A stretch of DNA of 64,000 bases, taken from positions 19,843 through 83,842 of the forward strand of contig MNRP01000045.1 in assembly GCA_001916005.1 (NCBI GenBank), given 5' to 3'. The DNA comes from Clostridium sp. 26_22 (GTDB lineage: Bacteria > Bacillota > Clostridia > TANB77 > CAG-508). Position numbers and translations under genes: made by a program. Of this stretch, positions 1 through 9,848 are shown piece after piece. A model generated the notes under the pieces. It was given only the letters and a program-made list of their open reading frames with translations, made no database searches and was not told the DNA's origin. Position 1 is the first letter of the stretch. The number at the start of each line of letters is the position of its first letter.

Positions 1-1571
1 TACATTTAGATAAAATGCCATATACAATAAATAGAAAAATTGATAGAAAAGCATTACCAATACCAACTTTAAAAGATAATAACTTTAAGGAAGAAAATCC
101 TGATAATTTTTCATCAGATGAAATGAAGTTATTACAAATTTGGAAGAACATACTAAAATTAGATAATATTTCTTTAACAGATGATTTCTTTGATATAGGT
201 GGAGATTCTATTTCAGCAATAAAAATGCAAATTGAAGCCTTAAAATATAATTTTAATTTTGAATACTCTGATATTTTTGCACATCCTACAATTAAAGAAT
301 TATCTTCACTAAAACATACTGAAACAGTTATTGATAATTCTTTTATGGCAAATTATGACTATTCAAAGATTAACTCTGTGTTAGAAAGAAATAAATTAGA
401 AAATATATCAACTATAAGTAAATATGATGTAAAAAATATTTTATTAATTGGTTCTACTGGATATCTTGGAATTCATATATTAGATTCTTTCCTAAAAAAT
501 GAATCTGGTATAGCATATTGTTTAGTTAGAAGAAAAGATAATATAGATCCTTTAAATAGATTATTTAAAAAAATAATTTTCTACTTTGGAGAAAATTATT
601 GGAATACCTATAAAAACAGAATTAAAGTTATTGAGGGAGATATAACTCAAAAAAATTTAGATTTAAATACTAATGATTATAATCTTCTTAAAGCATCTAT
701 TTCAACAGTTATTAATGCTGGAGCACTTGTAAAACATTTTGGAAATGCTGAATTATTTAACTCTATAAATGTTATTGGAACACAAAATGTTGTAGATTTT
801 TGTAAATTAGAATCAAAAAGATTAATACATATATCAACAATTAGTGTCTCTGGAAATGGTGAAAAAGATGAAACAATAATAGAAACTCCTGAAAATATCA
901 ATAATAAAAAAATATTTAAAGAAACATCTTTATATATTAATCAAAATATATCTGGTGTTTATACTGTTAGTAAATACAAAGCAGAATTAATAGTCTTAGA
1001 AGCAATATATGATGGTTTAGATGCTCAAATTTTAAGAATGGGAAATATAACTAACCGTTATTCAGATGGCTTATTTCAACAAAATGTTGAAGAAAATGCA
1101 TTTGCTAAAAGATTAAAATCATTTATTGAAATTGGAGCTTTTCCTGATTATTTATTACCACACTCATTAGAATTAAGTCCTGTTGACTTATGTGCTGATG
1201 CTGTAATAAAAATATTAGAATATAACAGTTTCTGTAATGTTTTTCATATTTATAATTCAAAATTAATGCCTATAAAACTTTTAATAAAATGCTTAAAAAA
1301 TATGAATATAACATTAACAGCTGTAACTGATGAATTAATGTCTAAAATTTTAAATGGAATTTTAAATGATGATTCAAAAAAAGACACTTTATCTGGAATA
1401 ATTCACGATATTGATTCTAATATGAATTTAATATATACTTCAAATATAAGAATCAATTTTGATTTTTCAGAAAAATATTTAAATAAACTCGGTTTTTACT
1501 GGAAAGATATTGATAAAGACTATATTATTAAATATATGAATTATTTTAGAAAAATCGGTTTTATTAAATAA
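1..1571 (+). CDS. Nonribosomal peptide synthetase, 3' part (end of adenylation domain, PCP domain, terminal thioester reductase); 5' end lies outside the window
   Basis: The frame is open from base 3. NRKIDRKALP matches the A10 core motif. FFDIGGDSISAIKM is the PCP phosphopantetheine-attachment motif (GGDS). LLIGSTGYLG (GxxGxxG) and YTVSKYKAE (YxxxK) indicate an SDR-type terminal reductase. Confidence 0.85.
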   Translation, partial: HLDKMPYTINRKIDRKALPIPTLKDNNFKEENPDNFSSDEMKLLQIWKNILKLDNISLTDDFFDIGGDSISAIKMQIEALKYNFNFEYSDIFAHPTIKELSSLKHTETVIDNSFMANYDYSKINSVLERNKLENISTISKYDVKNILLIGSTGYLGIHILDSFLKNESGIAYCLVRRKDNIDPLNRLFKKIIFYFGENYWNTYKNRIKVIEGDITQKNLDLNTNDYNLLKASISTVINAGALVKHFGNAELFNSINVIGTQNVVDFCKLESKRLIHISTISVSGNGEKDETIIETPENINNKKIFKETSLYINQNISGVYTVSKYKAELIVLEAIYDGLDAQILRMGNITNRYSDGLFQQNVEENAFAKRLKSFIEIGAFPDYLLPHSLELSPVDLCADAVIKILEYNSFCNVFHIYNSKLMPIKLLIKCLKNMNITLTAVTDELMSKILNGILNDDSKKDTLSGIIHDIDSNMNLIYTSNIRINFDFSEKYLNKLGFYWKDIDKDYIIKYMNYFRKIGFIK

Positions 1572-1591
1572 ATTATATGGAGGTTATAATT

Positions 1592-3403
1592 ATGCAAACA
1601 ATTAACTTATCATTTATATTATTATTAATATCTACATTTTTATTAATATTTATACTTAATTTTATACTTAGAAAAAAACCATTAACACAATTACAAATTT
1701 CATTTTCTTCTGTATTATTTTGTGCATTAATTTTAGATATAGGTGTACTTGTGCAAAATGTATGTTATAAATATTTTCAAATGGACCCAAGTCCATTTGA
1801 AAATTTCATATATATAGGAACTTGCTTTTTACCAGTTTGTCTTTTTTTTACAGCTCTTATTTTTACAAAAACAAAAATATACTTTAAAAAATCCTATTTA
1901 TTATTATTTATTATTCCTATTTTAACTTTAATTATGGTTTGGACAAATAATTACCATCATTTATTTTATAAAAACTACTCATTAAATTTAAGTGAGCAAA
2001 CATATGGAATATACTTTACTGTTCATACTATTTATACATATGGTCTATTATTTATAAGTATGGCAATTATTCTTAATGCATCCAAAAAGAATTCTGGATT
2101 CTTTTCCAAGCAATCTCTTTTAATTCTTATTGGAATATCTATTCCATTATTAGTTAATTTGCTTGGTTATTTTGGAATAATTGATATAACAGTATTTGTT
2201 ACTCCAATATCTTTTACAGTAGGAATATTATTTTTTGCTATTTCTATATTAAAATTTAATTTTTTAAGTATTGCTCCAATAGCAATCCAAAAAATAGTAG
2301 ATAGAATTTCAGATAGCTACATAGTAATAAATGATGAAGGAACCATAACAGACTTTAACCAAACCTTCTTAACATCATTCCACATCAAGACATCAAAAGA
2401 CTTAAGAGGGCAAAACTTTGAAGACTTTCTAAAAGAACACGACCTATATTTAAATTTAAAAGAAATAAAAAAGGCATTACCAAAAGTCAAAAACTCAGAA
2501 AAAACTGTATCATTTGACTTATACATAAAAAAAACAAAAAAACACTTTCACATAGAAATAAACTCAATATTATCAGAAGGCACATCTTTAGGAACACTAA
2601 TACTATTTAAAGACATAACACAACATATAGAAGATATGCAAAAAATAAAAGATGCCCAAGAAACCCTAATGGAAAGTGAAAGACTATCATCATTAGGACA
2701 ACTAATTGGAGGAATAGCACACAACCTAAAAACACCAATAATGTCAATATCAGGTGCAGCTGAAGGATTAACAGACTTGGTAAAAGAATATGATTCATCA
2801 ATAGATGACCCAGAAGTAAATAGCCAAGACCACCATGACATAGCAAAAGATATGTTCTCATGGATTGAAAAAATAAAAGAATACACTGAATATATGTCTG
2901 ATATCATAACAGCAGTAAAAGGACAAGCTGTTACACTATCAGAAACAGAAAATGTCTCATTTGATTTAGATGAACTTGTTAAAAGAGTTAATATTTTAAT
3001 GAAACACGAATTAAAAAGTGCAGTTGTATATTTAAATATTCATATGAATGTAGATAGTAAAACAACAATAAATGGTGATGTAAATAGTTTGGTACAAGTC
3101 ATCAACAATATGATTTCAAATGCAATTCAAGCATATAATGGTAAAGAAGGAGAAAATATAGATTTAATATTAGAAAAACAAAATAATAATCTAATTATTT
3201 CAGTTAAAGACTATGGCTCTGGATTACCAGAAAAGGTTAAGAATAAGTTATTTAAAGAAATGATTACAACAAAAGGAAAAAACGGTACTGGTTTAGGATT
3301 ATATATGTCATATTCAACAATAAAAGCTCATTTTAACGGAGATATCACATTTGAATCAGAAGCAAATAAAGGTACAACTTTTAATATAACATTACCATTA
3401 TAA
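1592..3403 (+). CDS. Membrane sensor histidine kinase (multi-TM N-terminal sensor, PAS-like linker, HisKA, HATPase_c)
   Basis: About 7 hydrophobic helices at the N-terminus. H-box GGIAHNLKTPI, N-box NNMISNAIQAY, G-boxes DYGSGLP and GTGLGLYMS. GGAGG at 1579-1583 favours the ATG at 1592 over the track start at 1577. Confidence 0.85.
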   Translation: MQTINLSFILLLISTFLLIFILNFILRKKPLTQLQISFSSVLFCALILDIGVLVQNVCYKYFQMDPSPFENFIYIGTCFLPVCLFFTALIFTKTKIYFKKSYLLLFIIPILTLIMVWTNNYHHLFYKNYSLNLSEQTYGIYFTVHTIYTYGLLFISMAIILNASKKNSGFFSKQSLLILIGISIPLLVNLLGYFGIIDITVFVTPISFTVGILFFAISILKFNFLSIAPIAIQKIVDRISDSYIVINDEGTITDFNQTFLTSFHIKTSKDLRGQNFEDFLKEHDLYLNLKEIKKALPKVKNSEKTVSFDLYIKKTKKHFHIEINSILSEGTSLGTLILFKDITQHIEDMQKIKDAQETLMESERLSSLGQLIGGIAHNLKTPIMSISGAAEGLTDLVKEYDSSIDDPEVNSQDHHDIAKDMFSWIEKIKEYTEYMSDIITAVKGQAVTLSETENVSFDLDELVKRVNILMKHELKSAVVYLNIHMNVDSKTTINGDVNSLVQVINNMISNAIQAYNGKEGENIDLILEKQNNNLIISVKDYGSGLPEKVKNKLFKEMITTKGKNGTGLGLYMSYSTIKAHFNGDITFESEANKGTTFNITLPL

Positions 3404-3413
3404 GGTATTTTAT

Positions 3414-3450
3414 AAACAACAAAATTAATAATATTTTGTTGTTTATTTTA
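3414..3450 (+). terminator. Rho-independent terminator after the histidine kinase gene
   Basis: Hairpin AAACAACAAAA / TTTTGTTGTTT followed by a T-rich run. Confidence 0.65.
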
Positions 3451-3533
3451 TTTAAAACACTTGATTTTTATTAAATTTATTAATATAATGATTTCACAAT
3501 TAAATATATTATAGTAACCACAGAGGTGATTAG

Positions 3534-4607
3534 ATGAGAAAAGGATTACAAAATTTACAAACAGAAGAAGAAAAAGCGAATGCGCAATATAAAATACTTG
3601 CTGTCGATGATGAAGAAGGAATTATAGATTCTTTATCAATCTTTTTAAAGAGGTCTGGTTACAATTTTACAGGTGTTACAGACCCATTAGAAGCTATTGA
3701 AAAAGTCAAAACTGAACATTTTGACATGTTAATCTTGGACTTTATTATGACTCCTCTTCATGGAGATCAAGTTGTAGAAGAAATTAGAAAATTTGATAAA
3801 GAGTTATATATTTTGTTACTTACTGGTCATAAGGACTTAGCTCCACCATTGGAAACTATAAGAAGATTAGATATTCAGGGTTATTGTGAAAAAAGTGATA
3901 AATTTGATCAATTGTTATTATTAATAGAATCTGGTATAAAATCAATTGCTCAAATGAATGAAATAAAAAATATAAATTCTCAATTGTCAGAAACATACGA
4001 AAAATTAGAACAAGCATATCTTGAAAGTATCCAAACTTTAAGATATACAGTTGAAGCAAAAGACCCTTATACAAGAGGTCATTCAGACAGAGTTGCAGAA
4101 TATTCTGTTTTAATTGGAAAACATTTAGGATTATCTGATGCTGATTTAAAAACACTTCAAATCGGTGGATTATTCCATGATATCGGAAAAATCGGTGTAC
4201 CTGATGCAATTCTTAGAAAAGAATCAAAATTAACTGATGATGAATATTCTGAAATTAAGAATCATCCATCTATTGGTGCACATATACTTTCAACTGCAAC
4301 AATTTTCCAAGATATTATTCCAATAGTTAAACATCATCATGAAAAATATGATGGCAATGGCTACCCAGGAAGATTAAAAGGTGAAGAAATACCTTATTTT
4401 GCAAGAATTGCAGCAATTGCTGATACTTTTGATGCAATGACTTCAAAAAGAACTTATAGAGATGCTTTGCCTTTAGATGTTGTAATAGCTGAATTCGAAA
4501 GATGCAAAGGTACTCAATTTGATCCAGCATTAGATGATGTATTTTTAGATATATTAAAAAATCATTATGATGAAATTAAAGAAATTCAAGAAAAATATAA
4601 AAGTTAA
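3534..4607 (+). CDS. Response-regulator receiver domain fused to an HD-GYP domain (RpfG-type c-di-GMP phosphodiesterase family)
   Basis: Receiver features KILAVDDEE and MLILDFIMTPLHG. HD-GYP features GGLFHDIGK and HHEKYDGNGYPGRL. Confidence 0.85.
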   Translation: MRKGLQNLQTEEEKANAQYKILAVDDEEGIIDSLSIFLKRSGYNFTGVTDPLEAIEKVKTEHFDMLILDFIMTPLHGDQVVEEIRKFDKELYILLLTGHKDLAPPLETIRRLDIQGYCEKSDKFDQLLLLIESGIKSIAQMNEIKNINSQLSETYEKLEQAYLESIQTLRYTVEAKDPYTRGHSDRVAEYSVLIGKHLGLSDADLKTLQIGGLFHDIGKIGVPDAILRKESKLTDDEYSEIKNHPSIGAHILSTATIFQDIIPIVKHHHEKYDGNGYPGRLKGEEIPYFARIAAIADTFDAMTSKRTYRDALPLDVVIAEFERCKGTQFDPALDDVFLDILKNHYDEIKEIQEKYKS

Positions 4608-4611
4608 AAAT

Positions 4612-4640
4612 AAGGATGACCTTTTTTATAAGTCATCCTT
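4612..4640. terminator. Bidirectional hairpin terminator between the HD-GYP gene and tex
   Basis: Stem AAGGATGAC / GTCATCCTT with an 11-nt loop, flanked by A- and T-runs. Confidence 0.65.
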
Positions 4641-4650
4641 GTTTCACTTT

Positions 4651-6831
4651 TTATACCTTCATTGATAATCCAACTTTTTTTCTTTCTCTATCAATTTTAA
4701 TAACTTTTACCTTTACAATATCTCCTACAGAAACTAAATCTGATGGATTTTTTATAAATTTATCACTCATTTCTGATATATGTACTAAACCATCATATTT
4801 AACACCAATATCAACAAATGCTCCAAAATCTATAACATTTCTAACTGTTCCTGTTAATATCATTCCTTCTTGTAAATCTTCTAACTTTAATACATCTTGA
4901 CGTAGTATTGGCTTAGGCATATCTTCACGAGGATCTCTTCCTGGCTTACTTAATTCTTCTATAATATCTTTTAATGTCATCTCCCCTATTTCTAATTCTT
5001 TAGCCATTTTTGTAACATCTACTGTCTTTAATTTTTGTCTCAACTCATCTGTTTTTATTCTATCCCTTAAATCTTCTTTATCAAATCCTAAATTTTTTAA
5101 TAATTTTTCTGTTGCTTCATAACTTTCTGGGTGAACCGCAGTAATTTCTAATGGATTTTTCCCATCAATTATTCTTAAGAAACCTGCACATTGCTCAAAT
5201 GCAACTTTACCTAGCTTAGGAACTTTTAAAAGTTCTTTTCTTTCTTTTAATTTTCCGTTTTCATCTCTATATTTTACAATATTTTTTGCAATTGTATTAT
5301 TAATTCCAGAAACATATGCTAAAAGTGATGGTGTTGCAGTATTAACATCAACTCCAACTTTATTAACACTGTCTTCTACAACACCTGTTAAACTCTCTGC
5401 TAAATTCTTTTGATTAACATCGTGTTGGTATTGTCCTACACCTATTGCTTTTGGATCTATCTTTACAAGTTCTGCAAGTGGATCTTGTAATCTTCTAGCT
5501 ATTGAAATTGCTCCTCTTATAGAAACATTTATATCTGGGTATTCTTCTGTTGCTAATTTTGATGCTGAATAAACAGATGCTCCTGCTTCACTTACTATTA
5601 CATAATGAACTGGTCTTTCTGTATCTTTTATCATATCTGCTACAAACATTTCTGATTCTCTTGATGCAGTACCATTTCCTATTGCAATCATGTCAACTTT
5701 ATCTTTTTCTATTAATTTTAATAATTCTTTTTTTGCTCCAACTACATCATTTTGTGGTTCTGTTGGATATACTGTTGTATAATCTAATACTTTTCCAGTT
5801 TCATCAATAACAGCAATTTTACATCCAGTTCTATATGCTGGGTCAAATCCCATAACTGTTTTTCCTTTAATAGGAGCTCCTAAAAGTAATTGTTTTGCAT
5901 TTTTTCCAAAAACTTTTATGGCTTTTTCTTCTGCCTTTTCTGTTAAGTCTGAACGAATTTCTCTGTCTATAGATGGTTCTATTAATCTTTTAAAAGCATC
6001 TAATATTGTGTCTTTTAACATTTGTGTAAATTGTGTTTCACCTTTTATTATATCTTTTTCCATATATAATAATATTTTATCTTCTGGCTTTTCTATTTTT
6101 ACTTTTAAAAATTCCTCTTTTTCTCCCCTATTGATTGCTAATATTCTGTGGCTTGGAATAAATTTTAAAGCCTCTTGATAATCATAATACATTTCATAAT
6201 TAGATTGCTCTTCTTTGCTAGCTTTTGTTACTATCAATGCTTCTCTATAGCAAATTCTTTTTATTTCTTTTCTATATTTTGCATTATCAGATATATTTTC
6301 TGCAATAATATCTAATGCGCCTTGAATTGCTTCTTCTTCATTTGCAACAACTTTGTCTTTATTTTTCTTATCTTCTTCACTTAATTTTTCAATATTTACA
6401 AATTCTTTTGCAATTTCATTTATATCTTTTTTCTCTTTTTGTTCTAAAATAATTTCAGCTAATGGTTCTAATCCTTTTGCTTTTGCTACTGTTGCTCTTG
6501 TTTTCTTTTTTTGTTTATAAGGTCTATAAATATCTTCTACTTCTGCCAAAGTTTTAGCTATTGCTACTGCTTGTAATATTTCATCAGTTAACTTTCCTTG
6601 TTCCTCAATAGATTTTACAATTTCCTCTTTTCTAGTTTCTAAATTTCTTAAATAAGTTAATCTTTCCCCTAAATTTCTTAAAATCTCATCACTTAAACCA
6701 CCTGTTACTTCTTTTCTATAACGTGCTATAAATGGTATAGTATTTCCTTCATCAATCAATTTAATAGTATTTTCTACTTGTGATGGTTTGATGCCTAACT
6801 CTTCAGCTATTGTTTTTACAATTTTGTCCAT
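4651..6831 (-). CDS. tex: Tex-like transcription accessory protein (YqgF/RuvC-like domain, HhH motifs, C-terminal S1 domain)
   Basis: N-terminus IAEELGIKPSQVENTIKLIDEGNTIPFIARYRKE is the Tex signature. The C-terminus GTVRNVIDFGAFVDIG...VHISE is an S1 fold. Length is 726 aa. Confidence 0.9.
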   Translation of the reverse strand: MDKIVKTIAEELGIKPSQVENTIKLIDEGNTIPFIARYRKEVTGGLSDEILRNLGERLTYLRNLETRKEEIVKSIEEQGKLTDEILQAVAIAKTLAEVEDIYRPYKQKKKTRATVAKAKGLEPLAEIILEQKEKKDINEIAKEFVNIEKLSEEDKKNKDKVVANEEEAIQGALDIIAENISDNAKYRKEIKRICYREALIVTKASKEEQSNYEMYYDYQEALKFIPSHRILAINRGEKEEFLKVKIEKPEDKILLYMEKDIIKGETQFTQMLKDTILDAFKRLIEPSIDREIRSDLTEKAEEKAIKVFGKNAKQLLLGAPIKGKTVMGFDPAYRTGCKIAVIDETGKVLDYTTVYPTEPQNDVVGAKKELLKLIEKDKVDMIAIGNGTASRESEMFVADMIKDTERPVHYVIVSEAGASVYSASKLATEEYPDINVSIRGAISIARRLQDPLAELVKIDPKAIGVGQYQHDVNQKNLAESLTGVVEDSVNKVGVDVNTATPSLLAYVSGINNTIAKNIVKYRDENGKLKERKELLKVPKLGKVAFEQCAGFLRIIDGKNPLEITAVHPESYEATEKLLKNLGFDKEDLRDRIKTDELRQKLKTVDVTKMAKELEIGEMTLKDIIEELSKPGRDPREDMPKPILRQDVLKLEDLQEGMILTGTVRNVIDFGAFVDIGVKYDGLVHISEMSDKFIKNPSDLVSVGDIVKVKVIKIDRERKKVGLSMKV

Positions 6832-7009
6832 ATTAATTTCCTTCCTTTTTTGAATTTTTTATATTGTTACGAATATATTTATTATAACAAATTACTATTA
6901 TAATAAGTCAATATAATTTTCGATTTTTGTCGTTTTTTCTGTTTCTTTATTGACTTTTTATATTGTTTAATATATCATAAAATCAAATAAAATAAAAGGG
7001 GGAATTGAA

Positions 7010-7798
7010 ATGATTTCATCAGATTTCAGAACAGAAGCTCGTAGAAAATTAGCTGGAAAGTGGGGAAAAACAGCTTTAATTATTTTAGCATATTTCGCAG
7101 TATTTTTCGTAATTAATTTTGTAGAAGGATTTTTCCCAGATTCTACAAAAGGATTATTTTCAATTATTAATGCTGTAATTGAAATACCTTTAGGATTCGG
7201 TCTTATTATTACACTTTTTAAAGTTTATAATGATGAAGAAGTAAAATCTTTTGACTTTTTAGAATTAGGTTTTAGCAATTTTAAAAAATCTTGGGGAATA
7301 ACATTACAAACAGTTTTTAAAATGATAGTACCTATAATTTTAGTTGTAGTTGCCTATATAATTCTTATTGTAGGAACAGCTGGAGCAGTTACATCAACAA
7401 TGTTTTCATCATCTAGTGCATCAGCAGGTTTTACACTTTTAACAGTTGTTGGATTTATTCTTCTAATAGCATCTATGATTTGGGCTATAACAAAATCTTT
7501 CTACTACCAATTAGCTTATTTAGTAGCAGTAGAAAATCCTGATATGTCTGCAAAAGATGCTGTTTTAAAAAGTGAAGAATTAATGCAAGGTAATCGTGCT
7601 AAATTATTCTACTTACAACTTTCATTTATTGGATGGGCAATTTTATCAGCATTTACATTTGGAATTGGTATATTATGGCTTGCTCCATATATGCAATTTG
7701 CTGTTATAACTTTCTACAAATATGTTAGTGGAAACACTCAAAAAGTTGAAGCTATAGTTGAAGAACCATCAAAAGATGATGACGAAACAATTAAATAA
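7010..7798 (+). CDS. DUF975-family integral membrane protein
   Basis: The N-terminal FRTEARRKLAGKWGKTALI pattern and a multi-TM body are typical of DUF975. The family call is from memory. Confidence 0.65.
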   Translation: MISSDFRTEARRKLAGKWGKTALIILAYFAVFFVINFVEGFFPDSTKGLFSIINAVIEIPLGFGLIITLFKVYNDEEVKSFDFLELGFSNFKKSWGITLQTVFKMIVPIILVVVAYIILIVGTAGAVTSTMFSSSSASAGFTLLTVVGFILLIASMIWAITKSFYYQLAYLVAVENPDMSAKDAVLKSEELMQGNRAKLFYLQLSFIGWAILSAFTFGIGILWLAPYMQFAVITFYKYVSGNTQKVEAIVEEPSKDDDETIK

Positions 7799-7814
7799 GA
7801 TTAATTATAAAAAA

Positions 7815-7845
7815 AATAGAGAATTTTACTTCTCTATTTTTTTAT
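7815..7845. terminator. Bidirectional terminator between the DUF975 gene and the ABC-F gene
   Basis: Stem AATAGAGAA / TTCTCTATT flanked by A- and T-runs. Confidence 0.65.
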
Positions 7846-9425
7846 TCAATTCCTAAATATTCATTATATGTAACTTCTCTATCAATTACATTTCCATCTG
7901 CTTTAATATCAATAATTCTATTTGCAACAGTTTGAGTTAATTCGTGGTCATGTGATGTAAATAAAATATTTCCTATAAATTTTTTCATTCCTTCGTTTAC
8001 TGAAGTAATACTTTCCATATCTAAATGGTTTGTAGGTTCATCAAAAATTAAGAAATTTGCTCCTGAGAGCATCATTTTTGAAAGAACACATCTAACTTTT
8101 TCTCCTCCTGATAAAACTTTTACTTGTTTTAAAGCTTCATCTCCGGAGAATAACATTCTTCCTAAAAATCCTCTTACATATGTTTCATCTGGGTCTTTTG
8201 AATATTTTCTAAGCCATTCTGTTATATTTTCATCTGTTTCAAATAAATAATTATTGTCTTTAGGGAAATAAGATTTTGTTATTGTTGTTCCCCATACTAA
8301 TTCTCCCTCATCTGGTTCTAATTCACCAGCAATTATTTGGAATAAAATAGTTTTTGCAATTTCATTATCTGCTAAAAATGCAATTTTATCATCTTGTTTT
8401 ACAGTAAATGATACATTGTCTAATACTTTTACACCCTCATATGTTTTTGAAATATTTTTTACTTGTAATATTTCTTTTCCTGGCTCTCTATCTGGTTTAA
8501 AGTCTACATATGGGTATTTTCTATTTGATGGTTTTATTTCATCTAATTCAATTTTTTCAAGTGTTTTCTTTCTTGATGTAGCTTGTTTAGATTTAGAAGC
8601 ATTAGCACTAAACCTTGCAATAAAGTCTTGTAATTCTTTGATTTTTTCTTCTTTCTTTTTATTTTGTTCTCTCATTTGTTTTAAAGCTAATTGACTTGAT
8701 TCATACCAGAAATCGTAGTTTCCTGGATAAACTTTAATTTTTCCAAAATCAACATCTGCAATATGTGTACAAACTTTATTTAAGAAATATCTATCGTGTG
8801 ATACTACAATAACTGTATTTTCAAAATTTATTAAAAATTCTTGTAACCAATTTATGCTTTTTAAATCTAAGTCGTTTGTGGGCTCATCTAATAATAAAAC
8901 ATCTGGATTTCCAAACAAACTTTGAGCTAATAATACTTTTACTTTTTCTCTTGCTTCTATTTCCTTCATACATTTATAATGATTTTCTGGAACTATTCCT
9001 AAATCATTTAAAAGCATTGCTGCATCAGACTCTGCATTCCAACCATCTAATTCCGCAAATCTTTCTTCTAGTTTTGCAGCTTTCATTCCATCTTCTTCTG
9101 AAAAATCTGGTTTTGCATAAATTTCTTCTTTTTGTTTCATTATATCATATAGTTCTTTATTTCCCATCATTACTGTATCTATAACAGTGTTTTCTTCATA
9201 TGCAAAGTGATCTTGTTTTAGAACTGATAGTCTTTCTCCTTTTTCTAAGCTTACATCACCTTTGCTAGGTTCTATTTCTCCTGATAATACTTTTAGAAAT
9301 GTTGATTTTCCAGCACCATTTGCTCCTATAATACCATAACAATTTCCTTTTCCAAATTTTATATTCACATCTTCAAATAGAACTCTTTTACCAAATCTTA
9401 CGGTTACTCCATTTGCACTTAACAT
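7842..9425 (-). CDS. ABC-F family ATPase (tandem ABC domains, no TM domain; YbiT/EttA-like)
   Basis: Two Walker A/signature sets (GANGAGKST and LSGGEKVR) and a charged inter-domain linker. 527 aa with no membrane segments. Confidence 0.9.
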   Translation of the reverse strand: MLSANGVTVRFGKRVLFEDVNIKFGKGNCYGIIGANGAGKSTFLKVLSGEIEPSKGDVSLEKGERLSVLKQDHFAYEENTVIDTVMMGNKELYDIMKQKEEIYAKPDFSEEDGMKAAKLEERFAELDGWNAESDAAMLLNDLGIVPENHYKCMKEIEAREKVKVLLAQSLFGNPDVLLLDEPTNDLDLKSINWLQEFLINFENTVIVVSHDRYFLNKVCTHIADVDFGKIKVYPGNYDFWYESSQLALKQMREQNKKKEEKIKELQDFIARFSANASKSKQATSRKKTLEKIELDEIKPSNRKYPYVDFKPDREPGKEILQVKNISKTYEGVKVLDNVSFTVKQDDKIAFLADNEIAKTILFQIIAGELEPDEGELVWGTTITKSYFPKDNNYLFETDENITEWLRKYSKDPDETYVRGFLGRMLFSGDEALKQVKVLSGGEKVRCVLSKMMLSGANFLIFDEPTNHLDMESITSVNEGMKKFIGNILFTSHDHELTQTVANRIIDIKADGNVIDREVTYNEYLGIE

Positions 9426-9504
9426 TTTATTCCTCCTAAATTTGTTTTCTCTTTTTATATCTGTTATAGTATAACATCTTTTGGAAATAATTTCAAATTT
9501 TTAC

Positions 9505-9543
9505 ACAAAAAAACTCTGGTGTGACCTTGCCACATCAGAGTTT
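9505..9543 (-). terminator. Rho-independent terminator downstream of the DUF378 gene
   Basis: On the minus strand, AAACTCTG..CAGAGTTT is followed by a T-run. Confidence 0.6.
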
Positions 9544-9732
9544 TTAGTCATCAAATAATAATTTAATTCCCCATAATCCAGAAATACCAACTAATGCATA
9601 AATTATTCTTGTTAAAACTGTCATACTTCCAAAAATAGTATCGACTAAATTAAATTTAAAAAATCCTATTAATCCCCAGTTGATTGCACCTATTATAATA
9701 AGTACTAATGCAATTTTATCTATTACCTTCAT
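9544..9732 (-). CDS. DUF378-family small membrane protein
   Basis: 62 aa with two TM helices. IIGAINWGLIGFF is the DUF378 hallmark. Confidence 0.7.
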   Translation of the reverse strand: MKVIDKIALVLIIIGAINWGLIGFFKFNLVDTIFGSMTVLTRIIYALVGISGLWGIKLLFDD

Positions 9733-9848
9733 ATTTTCCCTCCAATTTCACTTAAATTTTCGATATTATTATATGTATTGTTATTGAAAATTATTCTTTT
9801 TTGTGATAATTTTATATTATAAATTATTTAAAAAGGGGATTAATATAT

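Noticed and set aside
4616-4900. A 94-aa plus-strand ORF overlapping the 3' end of tex
   Set aside because: It overlaps the S1-domain coding region of tex on the opposite strand and starts inside the bidirectional terminator hairpin.
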